Assembly (NCBI GenBank): GCA_049602435.1
Contig: JBMYRO010000002.1
Span: 35,370 to 99,369 of the forward strand
Source of the DNA: Hyphomicrobiales bacterium
Lineage (GTDB): Bacteria; Pseudomonadota; Alphaproteobacteria; Rhizobiales; TMED25
Length of the DNA stretch: 64,000 nucleotides
Direction: 5' to 3'
Shown: one piece after another, positions 1 through 11,720 of the stretch
Numbering within the stretch: position 1 is the first letter of the stretch
How the letters are laid out: each line of letters opens with the position of its first letter
Program-made: the position numbers and the translations under genes
The notes under the pieces: generated by a model
Databases searched by the model: none
What the model saw: the letters and a program-made list of their open reading frames with translations, nothing else
Told to the model about the DNA's origin: nothing

Positions 1-267
1 ATTAATTCCGAAAGAGAGGTAATAACCATATGGACTTACACCTTTTGAGATTATATCTGATACGTTGACTCGTATGGCTTTTTTAGCAATATATTCTGGA
101 TCATCATCAGCGAAAAAGTGAGTCCCCATAACCAAACTATCTTGATTTGTAATTAAATTTTTATGTAATGTAATATCAACTTGTGACACATCATCATTTA
201 AATTGAGTGCCTCATCATTCTTTGCTAAGGGTACAAAATATTTCTGAATAATATATTTTTCATCCAT
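1..267 (-). CDS. thiL: thiamine-monophosphate kinase, N-terminal 89 codons (gene runs off the left edge)
   Basis: Hand translation of the reverse strand from ATG at 267..265 gives MDEKYIIQKYFVPLAKNDEALNLNDD...SLVMGTHFFADDDPEYIAKKAIRVNVSDIISKGVSPYGYYLSFGIN, open to position 1. The G.HF..D.P..IA.KA..VN.SD....G..P pattern is typical of the ThiL N-domain. It lies 1 nt downstream of nusB, the usual nusB-thiL order. It is not in the ORF track because it is truncated. Confidence 0.8.
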   Translation of the reverse strand, partial: MDEKYIIQKYFVPLAKNDEALNLNDDVSQVDITLHKNLITNQDSLVMGTHFFADDDPEYIAKKAIRVNVSDIISKGVSPYGYYLSFGIN

Positions 268-268
268 A

Positions 269-715
269 TTATTTCCTGTGTATTTCCGATAATTTATCCA
301 AAATTGCATTAGTAAAGTTAGGCTCTTTTCCAGAAAAAAAAGAATGAGAAATTTCAACATACTCGTCAATTATAACTTTGTATGGCGTATTACTCTGAAA
401 AATGATTTCGTAAAAAGCTGATCTCAAGATTGCAATTAAAATTTTATCCAAACGATTAAAATCCCAATCATCACTTAAAAGTTTTTTAATCTCTTTATCA
501 ATTATTATTTGCTTTTCAATTATCTCATTTATTAAATCTGAGAACAGACTTTTATTTATATCATTTATTAGTTCATCCTCAGAAGAGTCAAATATGATCC
601 TACTATTTAGTGAGTCAATAATCTCATTTACATCAGTGCCTGCAATCTCCATTTGATATAATGATTGCACTAAGACTAACCTTGTTATGCTATTTGAATT
701 CCTTGTTCTAGGCAT
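269..715 (-). CDS. nusB: transcription antitermination factor NusB
   Basis: 148-aa ORF with an N-terminal R-rich segment followed by LVLVQSLYQMEI, as in NusB. It sits downstream of ribH, the conserved ribH-nusB pair. Confidence 0.9.
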   Translation of the reverse strand: MPRTRNSNSITRLVLVQSLYQMEIAGTDVNEIIDSLNSRIIFDSSEDELINDINKSLFSDLINEIIEKQIIIDKEIKKLLSDDWDFNRLDKILIAILRSAFYEIIFQSNTPYKVIIDEYVEISHSFFSGKEPNFTNAILDKLSEIHRK

Positions 716-729
716 CTTAATGAATTTTT

Positions 730-1155
730 TTAGTTTATTAATCTAATTAAACCAAGAAGAGCTTCTGCAGCATGACCGCCCCTATTTTTCATATCAGGTT
801 GAGCTCGTTCAGTTGCCTGAGCAACTGAGTCAACTGTAATAATCGCATTTGTTATAGGAATATTATACTTCATTGAAACGTCCAATAATCCCTGCGCAGA
901 TATATTTGCTACTATATCATAATGGCTAGTTTGACCACGAATTACACACCCAACTCCTATTGCTCCAATAAAATCACTTTTTGAAAACAGAATATTCATT
1001 GCAATAGGGATCTCAAGCGCACCTGACACAGAATGATATATATAAGAAAAATCCGAATTATCTAATACATCAGTAATCCCAAGCATTAGATTATTTGATA
1101 TATCCTTATAATAATTAGCATCAATTATCAGTATCTTATTTTTAATATCTTTCAT
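730..1155 (-). CDS. ribH: 6,7-dimethyl-8-ribityllumazine synthase
   Basis: 141 aa. GALEIP, GCVIRGQTSHYDIV and ERA....NRGGHAA motifs are typical of lumazine synthase. It lies in a rib gene cluster. Confidence 0.9.
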   Translation of the reverse strand: MKDIKNKILIIDANYYKDISNNLMLGITDVLDNSDFSYIYHSVSGALEIPIAMNILFSKSDFIGAIGVGCVIRGQTSHYDIVANISAQGLLDVSMKYNIPITNAIITVDSVAQATERAQPDMKNRGGHAAEALLGLIRLIN

Positions 1156-1160
1156 TTATA

Positions 1161-1754
1161 TTACCCATCACCTTTTAATACATACCTTGAAAGTATATCT
1201 ACCTCTAAATTTACCAAATCACCAATATTGCGGTATTTCCATGTTGTATGCTCTAATGTGTATGGAATAAAATTAATTTCGAATTCAGTATCATTTACAT
1301 GGTTAACGGTTAGAGATGTACCATCTAATGATACAGAACCTTTTGAGGCTATAAACTTCAGAAGATTAGAGTCGACTCCAAAACAAAACTTTTTTGAATC
1401 TCCAATGCTCTCAATATTTTTGATTTTAACAACACCATCTATGTGACCCTGCACAATATGTCCGCTCATTTCATCTCCCAATGACAGGCTTTTCTCTAAA
1501 TTAATATGATCACCCTCTATCAAATTTCCAAGGTTTGTTTTAGATAACGTTTCTTTAGACACATAAACATCGAAGACATACCCTTTCTCGCTTTTATTAA
1601 AATCGATAACAGTCAAACATATTCCTGAACAAGAAATGGACATGCCATTTGTGAATCCTTTTACATTACTTGAATATATACTGAGTAGAATATCTTCATC
1701 TTTTTTCGTAATTTTTTTAATTACCCCAATATCAATTATAATTCCGGTAAACAT
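1161..1754 (-). CDS. ribE: riboflavin synthase alpha chain
   Basis: 197 aa starting MFTGII.D.G, with two lumazine-binding repeats (GDHINLE.. and VSLDGTSLTV). Confidence 0.9.
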   Translation of the reverse strand: MFTGIIIDIGVIKKITKKDEDILLSIYSSNVKGFTNGMSISCSGICLTVIDFNKSEKGYVFDVYVSKETLSKTNLGNLIEGDHINLEKSLSLGDEMSGHIVQGHIDGVVKIKNIESIGDSKKFCFGVDSNLLKFIASKGSVSLDGTSLTVNHVNDTEFEINFIPYTLEHTTWKYRNIGDLVNLEVDILSRYVLKGDG

Positions 1755-1764
1755 ATCTCTTATT

Positions 1765-2868
1765 TCACTTAGTTCTGTATTTTATTATATATGTATCACA
1801 CATTTCTTTTTTAGATACAAATTCATATGATTTATTTTTATTATTTATAATATTATCTAGTGCTTCAACAAACAAACCTTCCTTACCAATACGATCTTTG
1901 CTTTGAAAAAAGATAAGCTCATCAGGAATTGTTTTTTTTATAATATTATCAAATAGCGTAACTCCTGGTTCAATCAGGAGATTGTTAATTCCATTTTTAC
2001 CAATTTGTTCAACGACATCATCAAGTTTTAAAAAATTATCGTCATCGTTGTTTTTGACTCTAATAAAACGTAACCCATCAAGAGATAATTCTTTCGAATT
2101 AATAATTGATAACTCACTGCTAACTATAAAATAGAGATTCCCATTATTTTTAGTTAAGTAAAGATTTGAGTTCTCAATAATATCTGCATGACTTGACAAG
2201 ACAAACCTCGATGAAGAAAAACTATTGTACCCTTCCAACCTGATGTTTAAATGAGGGTTATCTTTTTTATATGTTCCATTACCAATTAAAATCCCATCAT
2301 ATTTTGATCTTAATACATGAATATACCTGTCAATTTCAGCATTTGTGATCTTGAGTCTTTCATTATTTTTTTTTGCCATAAAATTATCTTTTGTAATTGC
2401 TATTTTAGCAACTACTTTAGGCACCCCCTGTGAAATTCTAGACACAAAACCAGCATTTTGTTCTCTCGCTTCAGACTCACAACAACCAATATCCACTTCT
2501 ATTTTGTTATTCCTTAATTCTTTTATTCCATTACCAGAAACTAAAGGATTAGGATCAACCATACCTATAACTACACGTTTAATTTTATTTTTTACTATTT
2601 CTTTGGTGCAAGGCGATGACTTACCATAGTGGCAACAAGGTTCCATTGTGACATACATAGATGCACCTTCAAGGTTAGACGAATTTTTCATAGCCATTAT
2701 TTCAGCATGAGGTACCCCGCCTGCATTAGTATGACCCGTAGCTAAAATTTTACCATCTTTAACAATCACACAGCCAATAGATGGATTTGGGTAAGTTTTT
2801 CCCTGTTCTTTTTTTGCAATTTGCAATGCAAGGTGCATATATCGGTGATCGTCGGCATTGATAGGCAT
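1765..2868 (-). CDS. ribD: bifunctional riboflavin biosynthesis protein RibD (pyrimidine deaminase / uracil reductase)
   Basis: 367 aa. The CMP/dCMP deaminase zinc motifs HAEIMA and PCCHYGKSSPC are followed by a RibD_C reductase domain. Confidence 0.9.
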   Translation of the reverse strand: MPINADDHRYMHLALQIAKKEQGKTYPNPSIGCVIVKDGKILATGHTNAGGVPHAEIMAMKNSSNLEGASMYVTMEPCCHYGKSSPCTKEIVKNKIKRVVIGMVDPNPLVSGNGIKELRNNKIEVDIGCCESEAREQNAGFVSRISQGVPKVVAKIAITKDNFMAKKNNERLKITNAEIDRYIHVLRSKYDGILIGNGTYKKDNPHLNIRLEGYNSFSSSRFVLSSHADIIENSNLYLTKNNGNLYFIVSSELSIINSKELSLDGLRFIRVKNNDDDNFLKLDDVVEQIGKNGINNLLIEPGVTLFDNIIKKTIPDELIFFQSKDRIGKEGLFVEALDNIINNKNKSYEFVSKKEMCDTYIIKYRTK

Positions 2869-2886
2869 AACTTGTAGGTGTTTTAA

Positions 2887-3345
2887 TTAACTTTTTTTAT
2901 CAGAAATTTCCTCTAAAAATTCTTCGAAGTCTTTTGCTTCTCTGAAGTCTTTGTATACAGAGGCAAATCTGACATATGATACATCATCTAGTTGTCTTAG
3001 GCCTTCCATTATTAATTTTCCTATTAACTCAGTTGGAACAAATGTATCACCGCGATTTTCTAATTGTCTGACAATCCCGGATACCATTTGCTCTAATTTA
3101 TCAACTTCTACTGGCCTCTTTCTAGTAGCAATTTGTACTGATCTCATTAGCTTATCCCTATCAAAAATTACCTTTTGACCAGTTCTTTTCAGTACATATA
3201 ACTCCCGGAGTTGAATTCTTTCAAAAGTAGTAAAGCGTCCTCCACATCCAGGACAAACACGCCTTCTCCTGATTGTAGAATTATCTTCGGAAGGACGAGA
3301 GTCCCTGACCTGTGTTTCTTTATTTGAACAATATGGACATCTCAT
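2887..3345 (-). CDS. nrdR: transcriptional repressor NrdR
   Basis: 152 aa starting MRCPYC....V.DSR, with a second CPGC zinc-ribbon pair and a C-terminal ATP-cone. Confidence 0.92.
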   Translation of the reverse strand: MRCPYCSNKETQVRDSRPSEDNSTIRRRRVCPGCGGRFTTFERIQLRELYVLKRTGQKVIFDRDKLMRSVQIATRKRPVEVDKLEQMVSGIVRQLENRGDTFVPTELIGKLIMEGLRQLDDVSYVRFASVYKDFREAKDFEEFLEEISDKKS

Positions 3346-3352
3346 TTTAAAT

Positions 3353-4630
3353 CTATAATAGTGGGTATATTGGAAAATTATTGCAAATTTCCATCACCTT
3401 TTGATGAACCTCTTTTTCTACTGTACTATTATCTTCTTTATTATTAGCTAAACTATCCAAAACATCCCCAATTAAATTTCCAACCAGAACGAATTCATCT
3501 TCCTTAAAGCCTCTTGATGTTGCCGCTGGAGTTCCCAATCTTATACCAGAAGTTATGAATGGTGACTCGGGATCAAATGGTATACCATTTTTATTACATG
3601 TAATACCTGCATTCTCCAGAGATTTTTCAGCAAGCTTTCCGGTTAGCCCTTTTGGTCTCAAATCAATAAGTGATAAGTGCGTCTCAGTCCCGCCTGAGAC
3701 AATATCAAATCCTCTCTTTTGGATTGTGTCTGCCAGAACAATTGAGTTTTTAACTACTTGGTTTGCATAATCTTTAAAGGAGTCTGAGAGTGCTTCTTTG
3801 AAAGCAACAGCTTTTGCTGCGATTATGTGACATAAAGGACCACCTTGCAGTCCAGGAAATATTGCAGAATTTACTTTCTTTGCAATTTCTTCATTATTTG
3901 TAAGAACCAAGCCACCGCGGGGCCCCCTTAATACTTTGTGAGTTGTACTTGTTACGATGTCTGCATAAGGGAATGGACTCGGATAAGCACCTCCAGCAAC
4001 TAGTCCTGAAAAATGAGCCATATCTACAAGTAAATATGCGCCAATCTCATCACAAATTTCTCTAAATTTACTAAAATCTATTATTCTTGGATATGCAGAA
4101 CCACCAGCAATGATAAGTTTTGGTTTATGCTCTCTAGCTTTTTGATAAAGTTCATTATAGTCAATTAGGGCATCTTGTTTACGAACACCATAACCTATGG
4201 CATTAAACCATTTACCAGATAAGTTTGGAGCTGCACCATGGGTCAGATGACCACCTGCTGCGAGTGTCATTCCCATAAAAGCATCACCCGGTTTCAGAAG
4301 AGCTAACATTACAGCCTGATTTGCCTGTGAACCAGAATGAGCTTGAACATTGGCATAATCACATTTAAATAATTCTTTTGCTCTTTCAATTGCTAATTGT
4401 TCAGTTTCATCAACAAACATACAACCGCCATAATATCTTTTATTTGGATAACCTTCGGCATATTTATTTGTAAGAATTGAACCTTGGGCATCTAATACTG
4501 CTTTTGATACAATATTTTCAGAAGCAATTAATTCAATACCAAATTTTTGTCGATCAACCTCTCTTCCAATTGATTGAAAAACCTCTGGATCTATCTGTGA
4601 TAATGGGGCAGTAAAAAAATCTTTTGTCAT
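3353..4630 (-). CDS. glyA: serine hydroxymethyltransferase
   Basis: 425 aa. [26 protein letters not shown] and [14 protein letters not shown] (PLP lysine) motifs are present. Confidence 0.95.
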   Translation of the reverse strand: MTKDFFTAPLSQIDPEVFQSIGREVDRQKFGIELIASENIVSKAVLDAQGSILTNKYAEGYPNKRYYGGCMFVDETEQLAIERAKELFKCDYANVQAHSGSQANQAVMLALLKPGDAFMGMTLAAGGHLTHGAAPNLSGKWFNAIGYGVRKQDALIDYNELYQKAREHKPKLIIAGGSAYPRIIDFSKFREICDEIGAYLLVDMAHFSGLVAGGAYPSPFPYADIVTSTTHKVLRGPRGGLVLTNNEEIAKKVNSAIFPGLQGGPLCHIIAAKAVAFKEALSDSFKDYANQVVKNSIVLADTIQKRGFDIVSGGTETHLSLIDLRPKGLTGKLAEKSLENAGITCNKNGIPFDPESPFITSGIRLGTPAATSRGFKEDEFVLVGNLIGDVLDSLANNKEDNSTVEKEVHQKVMEICNNFPIYPLL

Positions 4631-4657
4631 TTCATCTCCATGATAATTTTATATTTT

Positions 4658-5878
4658 CTATGCAGCACGAGCAATTTTCATTTCTTTCCAAATGCTGTCT
4701 AATGAACTTACAAGGTGATCAATATCATCAATATTATGATATGGACTTGCTGTTATTCTTAGCCTCTCTGTACCTTTTGGAACTGTAGGATAGTTGATTG
4801 GTTGAACATATATATTGAACTCATCTAATAATTGATCAGTAACTTTTTTTGTTAATATTGGGTCTCCAACTAAAATAGGAATTATATGGCTTTCGTTTGT
4901 AATTACAGGAAGATTAATTTCTGTAAGTTTTGATTTTAATAAAGCCACATTTGCATGCATTTGATCGCGCTCTACTGAAGAGTCCATAAGATGGTTGATA
5001 CTCACATTTGCACCAGCAGCTATTGATGGTGGTAGGGATGTTGTAAAAATAAATCCAGGTGCATATGATCTAATGGCATCTATTAATGTTTTTTCGCCCG
5101 AGATATATCCTCCAACCAGACCAAATGCTTTTGCCAATGTCCCTTCTATTATATCAATTCTTTCCATTTGGTTTAAATGCTCTGCCATACCTGCTCCTGT
5201 ATTACCATACATACCAACAGCATGAACTTCATCAATATAAGTTAGTGCATCATATTTATCTGCAAGGTCACAGATTTCTTTTACTTTGGCAATATCACCA
5301 TCCATAGAATAAACAGACTCAAAGGCTATTACTTTATTTTTTTGAGTACCCACTCTTATAAGCTTCTCTTCCAAATCAACCATATCATTATGCTTAAATA
5401 TTATTTTAGAAGCACCTCCGTGACGAATACCTTCAATCATCGAAGCATGGTTGCTTTCATCTGATAAAAGAACTAGATCAGGTATTATTTTTGATAAAGT
5501 TGACAGCGTGGCATCATTCGCAACATATCCAGATGTAAAAAGCAGTGAGGACTCTTTATTATGTAATTTAGAGAGAGTGTCCTCTAATAAAACATGTTGA
5601 TTTGTTGTTCCTGAAATATTCCTAGTACCGCCTGATCCCCCACCAATTGTGTCAATGGTTTCTTTAATTGCAGTGAGTACAGATTGATTTTGCCCCATAC
5701 CAAGATAATCATTGGAACACCAAACTGTAATTTTTTTCTTGTTTCCGGATTTCATGTGTAGGGTTGCGTGCGGATAATCACCACGTATTCTTGTAATGTT
5801 CGCAAATGTTCTATACCTACCTTCAGAAATTACGCTATCTATTGAGTCTTTAATGTATTGTGAATATCTCTTTTTCAT
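4658..5878 (-). CDS. hemA: 5-aminolevulinate synthase (C4/Shemin pathway)
   Basis: 406 aa. [22 protein letters not shown] and a class-II aminotransferase fold. ALAS-type hemA is characteristic of Alphaproteobacteria. Confidence 0.88.
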   Translation of the reverse strand: MKKRYSQYIKDSIDSVISEGRYRTFANITRIRGDYPHATLHMKSGNKKKITVWCSNDYLGMGQNQSVLTAIKETIDTIGGGSGGTRNISGTTNQHVLLEDTLSKLHNKESSLLFTSGYVANDATLSTLSKIIPDLVLLSDESNHASMIEGIRHGGASKIIFKHNDMVDLEEKLIRVGTQKNKVIAFESVYSMDGDIAKVKEICDLADKYDALTYIDEVHAVGMYGNTGAGMAEHLNQMERIDIIEGTLAKAFGLVGGYISGEKTLIDAIRSYAPGFIFTTSLPPSIAAGANVSINHLMDSSVERDQMHANVALLKSKLTEINLPVITNESHIIPILVGDPILTKKVTDQLLDEFNIYVQPINYPTVPKGTERLRITASPYHNIDDIDHLVSSLDSIWKEMKIARAA

Positions 5879-6034
5879 ACCTATGTCCTGTTAATTAATA
5901 AATAGTCTTTTTGAGATTAAAATACAAATGATTTATGAGTATGAATTTTATTAAAGACCTGAAGAGAATTTGAAAATTTCAAGACAGCTAATTTTACGAA
6001 AAAATGAGCCCCTAACCCTAAGCTATTATTTTTA

Positions 6035-7315
6035 TTAATATGTTGAATCCTTTTTGTAAATATCATCTCTAAATTGAATTTGACCATTTTCAACCCACGC
6101 CGTTATATAACCAATTTTTATTGGAATTTCTGAGTCAAGTCTGAGTGTTTTTGTTACAGAATTGTTTAATATCTCATGAAGTAAATCTTCATTCCAATTG
6201 GCACTTTTAGAAAGCAGCCAATCAATTAAGTCGTCGATATTTTGAACACGAACACAACCGGAACTGAAGTAACGTATTTCTTCATTAAACAATGATTTTC
6301 TTGGAGTATCATGAAGAAAGACTGCATGTTCATTTGGAAAATTTATTTTTGCTACACCAAGGGAATTAGTAAAACCAGGATTTTGACGAAATTTAAATAA
6401 AGTTGCTTCTTCTGTTGTCCAATCTATATATTGTGGGTTTATTATTTTTTGATAGTAATAATCCTGATAAATAAAAATATTATTTTTTTCCAAGTATCTT
6501 GAATCAATGTTCATTGCTTTAATTATGTCTTTTTTGACAATACTCTCAGGTACATGCCAGTATGGAAAAAAATTTATTTCATAAATATCACTATCTATAA
6601 TTGGAGTTTGCCTATCACTTTTCCCTACTATAACTTTTGTGTAATAATCTACTGTTCCATTATCAACAGCTACTAAATCACCACCAGGTATATTTACAAA
6701 TATATATCTTTCACCCAACCCTGATAAATAATTTAGAAATCGAGTTTTATTAATTCCTAACTTCTTTAATTTATATTCTACTGGATGATTTAGATGCTGA
6801 ATTGTATTTTTATCAAGTCTACCAGATGGTTCAATTCCATGTCTGCTTTGGAAGTTTTTAAGTCCATCAGCAACAAAAATATCAAAAATATCACTAATTC
6901 CTCTATCCTGATCAATATCCTTTGTAATTACCAACCTCTCTCTCAGCTTTATGATTTCTTCAGAAACATCTCCTATTTCAAGTTCCGTTGTTATATCTAT
7001 GGAAGGCCACCCTCCCTGATATAGAATATCTTGATAAAACCTAATAGCTTTTTCAATTTCTAGATAATTTTGATAATTTAAAAAGCCCTTTTTTGAGCTT
7101 CCTGAAGCCAGCATCAAATTATCATCCAACGGGTATTGTTCATCAATAGAGTTAGAAAATGGATCATCAAATAAGAACAAATCATTACTTTTGTATCTGT
7201 CAATTTGATCTAATAAATTTGCTGATGATACTGATGGAGAAAGGAGAAAAAAAACTTGCAAAATCAGAAGGTATATAATTTTGCATTTTTTATATTTTGT
7301 ATTACACAGTTCCAT
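6035..7315 (-). CDS. murein L,D-transpeptidase (YcbB/LdtD-like) with peptidoglycan-binding domain
   Basis: 426 aa. It has an N-terminal signal or anchor, a PG_binding_1-like segment (LKNFQSRHGIEPSGRLDKNTI) and the YkuD catalytic motif HDTP....SSGCVRV. Confidence 0.85.
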   Translation of the reverse strand: MELCNTKYKKCKIIYLLILQVFFLLSPSVSSANLLDQIDRYKSNDLFLFDDPFSNSIDEQYPLDDNLMLASGSSKKGFLNYQNYLEIEKAIRFYQDILYQGGWPSIDITTELEIGDVSEEIIKLRERLVITKDIDQDRGISDIFDIFVADGLKNFQSRHGIEPSGRLDKNTIQHLNHPVEYKLKKLGINKTRFLNYLSGLGERYIFVNIPGGDLVAVDNGTVDYYTKVIVGKSDRQTPIIDSDIYEINFFPYWHVPESIVKKDIIKAMNIDSRYLEKNNIFIYQDYYYQKIINPQYIDWTTEEATLFKFRQNPGFTNSLGVAKINFPNEHAVFLHDTPRKSLFNEEIRYFSSGCVRVQNIDDLIDWLLSKSANWNEDLLHEILNNSVTKTLRLDSEIPIKIGYITAWVENGQIQFRDDIYKKDSTY

Positions 7316-7401
7316 ATTTTATTGTATTTTGATAATCTGTTGAATTATAACTATTTTATAATATATATGATTCATACCTATGGTGTTAAATTCTTATTAA
7401 A

Positions 7402-8403
7402 ATGCAAAAAATAACAAACAGTTATCCACTCGTAAGAATGAGGAGAAATAGACAGGCAGATTGGTCAAGAAGGCTTATTTCTGAGAACATTCTATCTACA
7501 AATGATCTAATACTCCCATTATTTGTATGCGAAGGGAATAATATTCTTGAACGGATTGACTCACTCCCGGGTGTTAATAGATATTCAATAGATAGAATAG
7601 TCGATGTTGCAAAAAAAGCTGAAGATCTTCAAATCCCCCTATTAGCGTTATTCCCAGTTGTGGATAATAAATACAAATCAATGGATGGTGAAGAAGCACT
7701 AAAAAGTGACAACCTAATATGTAGAACAATTAATGAAATAAAATATAAAGTCCCTAATATAGGCATTATGACTGATGTGGCATTAGATCCTTACACATCT
7801 CATGGGCACGATGGAATATTAAAAGAAGATAAAATTCTTAATGATGAAACAATTGAAATACTTATAAAACAAGCACTAAATCAGTGCCGAGCAGGAACTG
7901 ATATTATTGCACCATCAGATATGATGGATGGAAGAATTTTAATGATAAGAAATGCACTTGAGGGAAATAATTTTAAAAATACAATTATTATGTCATATGC
8001 TGCAAAATATGCATCTTCATACTACGGCCCATTCAGAGACGCGATAAAATCTAAGAATAATTTAACTGGAAGTAAATCAACCTATCAAATGGATTTTGGA
8101 AATAGTGATGAAGCATTAAGAGAAGTGCAGCTAGACATAAATGAGGGTGCAGATATGATTATGGTCAAACCAGGAATGCCTTACTTAGACATAATATATA
8201 GAATAAAAAAAGAGTTTGGCATGCCAACATTTGCTTATCAAGTTTCTGGTGAATATGCATCTATCATGGCAGCATCATTAAATGGATGGCTAGATTATAA
8301 CGATATTATTTTGGAGTCTTTATTATGCTTCAAAAGATCTGGGGCAGATGGTATACTTACTTATGCAGCAATTGACGTTGCAGAGAAACTACTAGGCAAA
8401 TAA
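7402..8403 (+). CDS. hemB: porphobilinogen synthase (delta-aminolevulinate dehydratase)
   Basis: 333 aa. PLFV.EG, DVALDPYT.HGHDG, IAPSDMMDGR and MVKPG.PYLDI motifs are present. Confidence 0.95.
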   Translation: MQKITNSYPLVRMRRNRQADWSRRLISENILSTNDLILPLFVCEGNNILERIDSLPGVNRYSIDRIVDVAKKAEDLQIPLLALFPVVDNKYKSMDGEEALKSDNLICRTINEIKYKVPNIGIMTDVALDPYTSHGHDGILKEDKILNDETIEILIKQALNQCRAGTDIIAPSDMMDGRILMIRNALEGNNFKNTIIMSYAAKYASSYYGPFRDAIKSKNNLTGSKSTYQMDFGNSDEALREVQLDINEGADMIMVKPGMPYLDIIYRIKKEFGMPTFAYQVSGEYASIMAASLNGWLDYNDIILESLLCFKRSGADGILTYAAIDVAEKLLGK

Positions 8404-8404
8404 T

Positions 8405-9454
8405 ATGAATCTTCAAATGATACAAGATGGCTACTTAGATTTCATCATGTATGGTGGAATAAATATTTTTTTATCGGTATTGCTATACTTAGTATTGATT
8501 TGGTTAAAAAACAGAATAACTGCAAATATACAAGAAAAAAGCCAAATATTTGACATTATAAATATTGTTTTGGAACGTTTAAATAACGTAAGTATATTTC
8601 TAATAATATTCTTATTTATCTCACAAAATTTATTCCAAAATTACCCATTCATTGGGGCTATAAATATATTTTTATCGTTAATATTCTTCATCCAACTTGC
8701 TTATATAATTGATGGAGTCAGCGTCTACCTGATATCAAGCAACAACAAACTAAAATCAACTGGTAGAAAGAGCGCAGTAAAAAATGCAATCTCATTAATC
8801 AAGTTTTTCGCAAGATCCGCTATTTGGTCAATTGCCTTACTACTCTGTGTTGATAACATTGGCGTAGACATAACCGCACTAGTTGCGGGTCTTGGTATTG
8901 GTGGTATTGCCATTGCACTTGCCGCTCAAAATATTCTAGGAGATCTATTTGCATCACTAGCTATAGTATTAGATAAACCCTTTGAAATTGATGATTATAT
9001 AGTAGTTGGCGACATATCTGGAACAGTTGAACAAATCGGTATTAAAACAACCAGGATAAGAGCTCTCTCAGGTGAAGAATTAGTTTGTTCAAATGCGGAT
9101 TTGCTCGGTAGCAGAGTGAGAAATTACCGAAGAATGACAGAAAGAAGGGCTGAAATTCACTTGGGTGTAGTATATCAAACATCATATGAACTTCTTACTA
9201 AGATCCCAAATTTAATAGAAGAGATAATAATCAAGGCAGAAAATGCTCGCTTTGATAGAGCAAACTTTAAAAGTTTCGGTGACTCATCTTTGTTATTTGA
9301 AGTGATATTCTATGTATCCGTACCAGACAATGACTACAAAGAATATATGGATATTATTCAAACTGTGAATTACGAAATATTCAAAAAATTTGAAGAAGAA
9401 AAAATTGAGTTTGCATACCCTACTCAAACCCTTCATATATCGAAAGAAATCTAG
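8405..9454 (+). CDS. MscS-family mechanosensitive ion channel
   Basis: 349 aa. N-terminal TM helices are followed by GDLFASLAIVLDKPFEIDDYIVVGD.SGTVE.IGIKTTRIR, the MscS beta-domain signature. Confidence 0.85.
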   Translation: MNLQMIQDGYLDFIMYGGINIFLSVLLYLVLIWLKNRITANIQEKSQIFDIINIVLERLNNVSIFLIIFLFISQNLFQNYPFIGAINIFLSLIFFIQLAYIIDGVSVYLISSNNKLKSTGRKSAVKNAISLIKFFARSAIWSIALLLCVDNIGVDITALVAGLGIGGIAIALAAQNILGDLFASLAIVLDKPFEIDDYIVVGDISGTVEQIGIKTTRIRALSGEELVCSNADLLGSRVRNYRRMTERRAEIHLGVVYQTSYELLTKIPNLIEEIIIKAENARFDRANFKSFGDSSLLFEVIFYVSVPDNDYKEYMDIIQTVNYEIFKKFEEEKIEFAYPTQTLHISKEI

Positions 9455-9469
9455 TAAAAAATATCTATA

Positions 9470-11707
9470 CTAAATTCTGGATAGATAAACACCACCTTTG
9501 ATATTCAATTTCAATTTTTTTCCGACTCTTCCTCTTTCACCAAGATAGTTGTGAAGATCCTCTAATTTGCCGATAATCCTATTGTTTGCCGCTGACCTTA
9601 TAGCAACCTTATCATTGACATCAACAGATAAAGCATCAAGCAATTCTGCTTCTTTAGTTTTTTGGAAACTTATGCCACTACCTCTTGAAACTCTATTTAT
9701 ACTAGTCTGATCTATCAAAATAACATTTGCTGCATTATTAAGAATGCAGATATATTTATGATTAATTGGTTTAACAATTTTAAGTAGTTGATTTGTATTG
9801 GCGAAACTCATCACAACTTTACCATTCTTAGTTTGGGATTTCATTTTGTTTTGAGCAGATATCATACCTTTGCATTTATTGGATATGAACATCAACTCTG
9901 TTTCATTATCCTCATCAACTAACAATTGAATAATCTTTTCGTCCGCCTCAAGATTAAAATACTTTTTAATTGGTTCAAAATCTCTAGTTTTGTGGAGTTT
10001 AGAAATATTCAAAGTAAAAACTCTACCCTTGTTCGAAAAGAGGAGTAAATCAGAATTCGAATAGCATTCTTCGAGGAAAGAGATCTCATCACCATCTTTT
10101 AGATCTCTAATATTATCTTCAATTCCATGTCCTTCTTTCAACCTCAACCACCCCTTATCTGTCATCAAAAATGTTAATGGGATAACATCCTCTATTTGTG
10201 TATCAGGTTCAATAACCTGATCTTCAATAATAGTAATTCTTGATGATAAATCAGACAAGTAACTATCATCCCTAAATGACTTAATCAATGAGGTTAATTG
10301 CTCTATAATTTTCGATACTTGTGCACTATTAGAACCCAATATTTCTTTATAATCTTTTCTATCACGCAATAGAGATTTTAACTCTTTTTGAATTGTCATC
10401 TCTTCGAGTTTGCGTAGTGATCTCAATCGTATCTCCAGTATCGATTCTGCCTGTTGATCACTAAGGGAAAATTCAGATATCAGGTCTTTTTTTGGATAAT
10501 CACTGGTTCTGATTATTGAAATTACCTTATCAATGTTCAAAAATACAATAAGGTAACCTTCCAAGGTATGTATCCTCTTTTCAGCCTTTTCAAGATAATA
10601 CTGATAGCTTTTTATTAGTATACTTCGTCGGTGGTCAAGCCATTGGGCAAGAACTTCTTTTAAGCCTAATACTTTTGGCACTTTATTATCACCATCTTGA
10701 AGTACATTCATGTTAATGGTGATTGTTATTTCAAGATCAGATAGCCTAAATAGTTTGTTCATAATTTTTTGAGGCTCGATAGATGAGTTTTTGGGTTTAA
10801 TAATAATACATACTGACTCATCAGACTCATCTCTTATATCAGAAATTTCATTTATGGTTTTTGAGATAACTAAATCAGCTAATTTTTCAATGAGTTTTGA
10901 TTTTTGTACACCATATGGTATTTGTGTTATTTTAATCAAATAACCATTTCTTGATCTTTCTTCAGTCCATTCGCATCTTAGTCGAAGAGAACCTCGACCT
11001 TTCTTATATATTTCATTTATCTCACTTTTTGAAGATATTAAAACCCCCCCTGTAGGAAAGTCAGGACCCAGAAAGTCAGACATTAACTCTTCCTCACTAA
11101 TTTCTCTATTTTTTTGGAGTTTTATTGCCATATCTAATAGCTCGATAATATTATGCGGAGGAATGTTTGTGGCCATTCCAACTGCGATTCCGCTAGAACC
11201 ATTGGCTAACAGGTTTGGAAATGCTGATGGAAATACCTTTGGTTCGAACTCACTTTCATCATAATTTCTTACAAATTCCGTAGTCCCATCATGGATCTGG
11301 TCCATTATTAATTCTGATATCTGAGTTAATCTTGACTCAGTATATCTCATTGCCGCTGCATTATCCCCATCGATATTCCCAAAGTTTCCCTGACCTTGAA
11401 TTAATGGGTATCTATGAGAGAAGCTTTGGGCTAATTTTACTAATGAGTCATATACCGCTTGTTCGCCGTGTGGATGATATTTACCAATTACATCGCCAAC
11501 AACACGAGCGCACTTTTTAAATGAGTTTTCAGAACCAAGTTTTAGTTCAGACATTGCAAAAAGCAGCCTTCTGTGAACAGGCTTTAAGCCGTCTCGCACA
11601 TCAGGCAGTGCTCTATCTGTTATCGTTGATAGAGCATATGACAGATATTTATCTTTTAATAAGTCAATAAAATCTGATTTAATTGTAATTTCTTGATCTG
11701 ATGACAA
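9470..11707 (-). CDS. parC: DNA topoisomerase IV subunit A
   Basis: 745 aa. [37 protein letters not shown] and [12 protein letters not shown] (catalytic Tyr region). The size and short C-terminal domain fit alpha-type ParC better than GyrA. Confidence 0.85.
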   Translation of the reverse strand: MSSDQEITIKSDFIDLLKDKYLSYALSTITDRALPDVRDGLKPVHRRLLFAMSELKLGSENSFKKCARVVGDVIGKYHPHGEQAVYDSLVKLAQSFSHRYPLIQGQGNFGNIDGDNAAAMRYTESRLTQISELIMDQIHDGTTEFVRNYDESEFEPKVFPSAFPNLLANGSSGIAVGMATNIPPHNIIELLDMAIKLQKNREISEEELMSDFLGPDFPTGGVLISSKSEINEIYKKGRGSLRLRCEWTEERSRNGYLIKITQIPYGVQKSKLIEKLADLVISKTINEISDIRDESDESVCIIIKPKNSSIEPQKIMNKLFRLSDLEITITINMNVLQDGDNKVPKVLGLKEVLAQWLDHRRSILIKSYQYYLEKAEKRIHTLEGYLIVFLNIDKVISIIRTSDYPKKDLISEFSLSDQQAESILEIRLRSLRKLEEMTIQKELKSLLRDRKDYKEILGSNSAQVSKIIEQLTSLIKSFRDDSYLSDLSSRITIIEDQVIEPDTQIEDVIPLTFLMTDKGWLRLKEGHGIEDNIRDLKDGDEISFLEECYSNSDLLLFSNKGRVFTLNISKLHKTRDFEPIKKYFNLEADEKIIQLLVDEDNETELMFISNKCKGMISAQNKMKSQTKNGKVVMSFANTNQLLKIVKPINHKYICILNNAANVILIDQTSINRVSRGSGISFQKTKEAELLDALSVDVNDKVAIRSAANNRIIGKLEDLHNYLGERGRVGKKLKLNIKGGVYLSRI

Positions 11708-11720
11708 GGATCTTTCCTGT

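Noticed and set aside
5970-5982. Palindrome TTGAAAATTTCAA about 95 nt upstream of hemA as an FNR/FixK-type box
   Set aside because: The half-sites are TTGA and TCAA, but the spacing is N5. The canonical 14-bp TTGAT-N4-ATCAA box requires N6. In sequence this AT-rich such a palindrome can arise by chance. It is worth checking only if an Fnr/FixK homologue exists in the genome.
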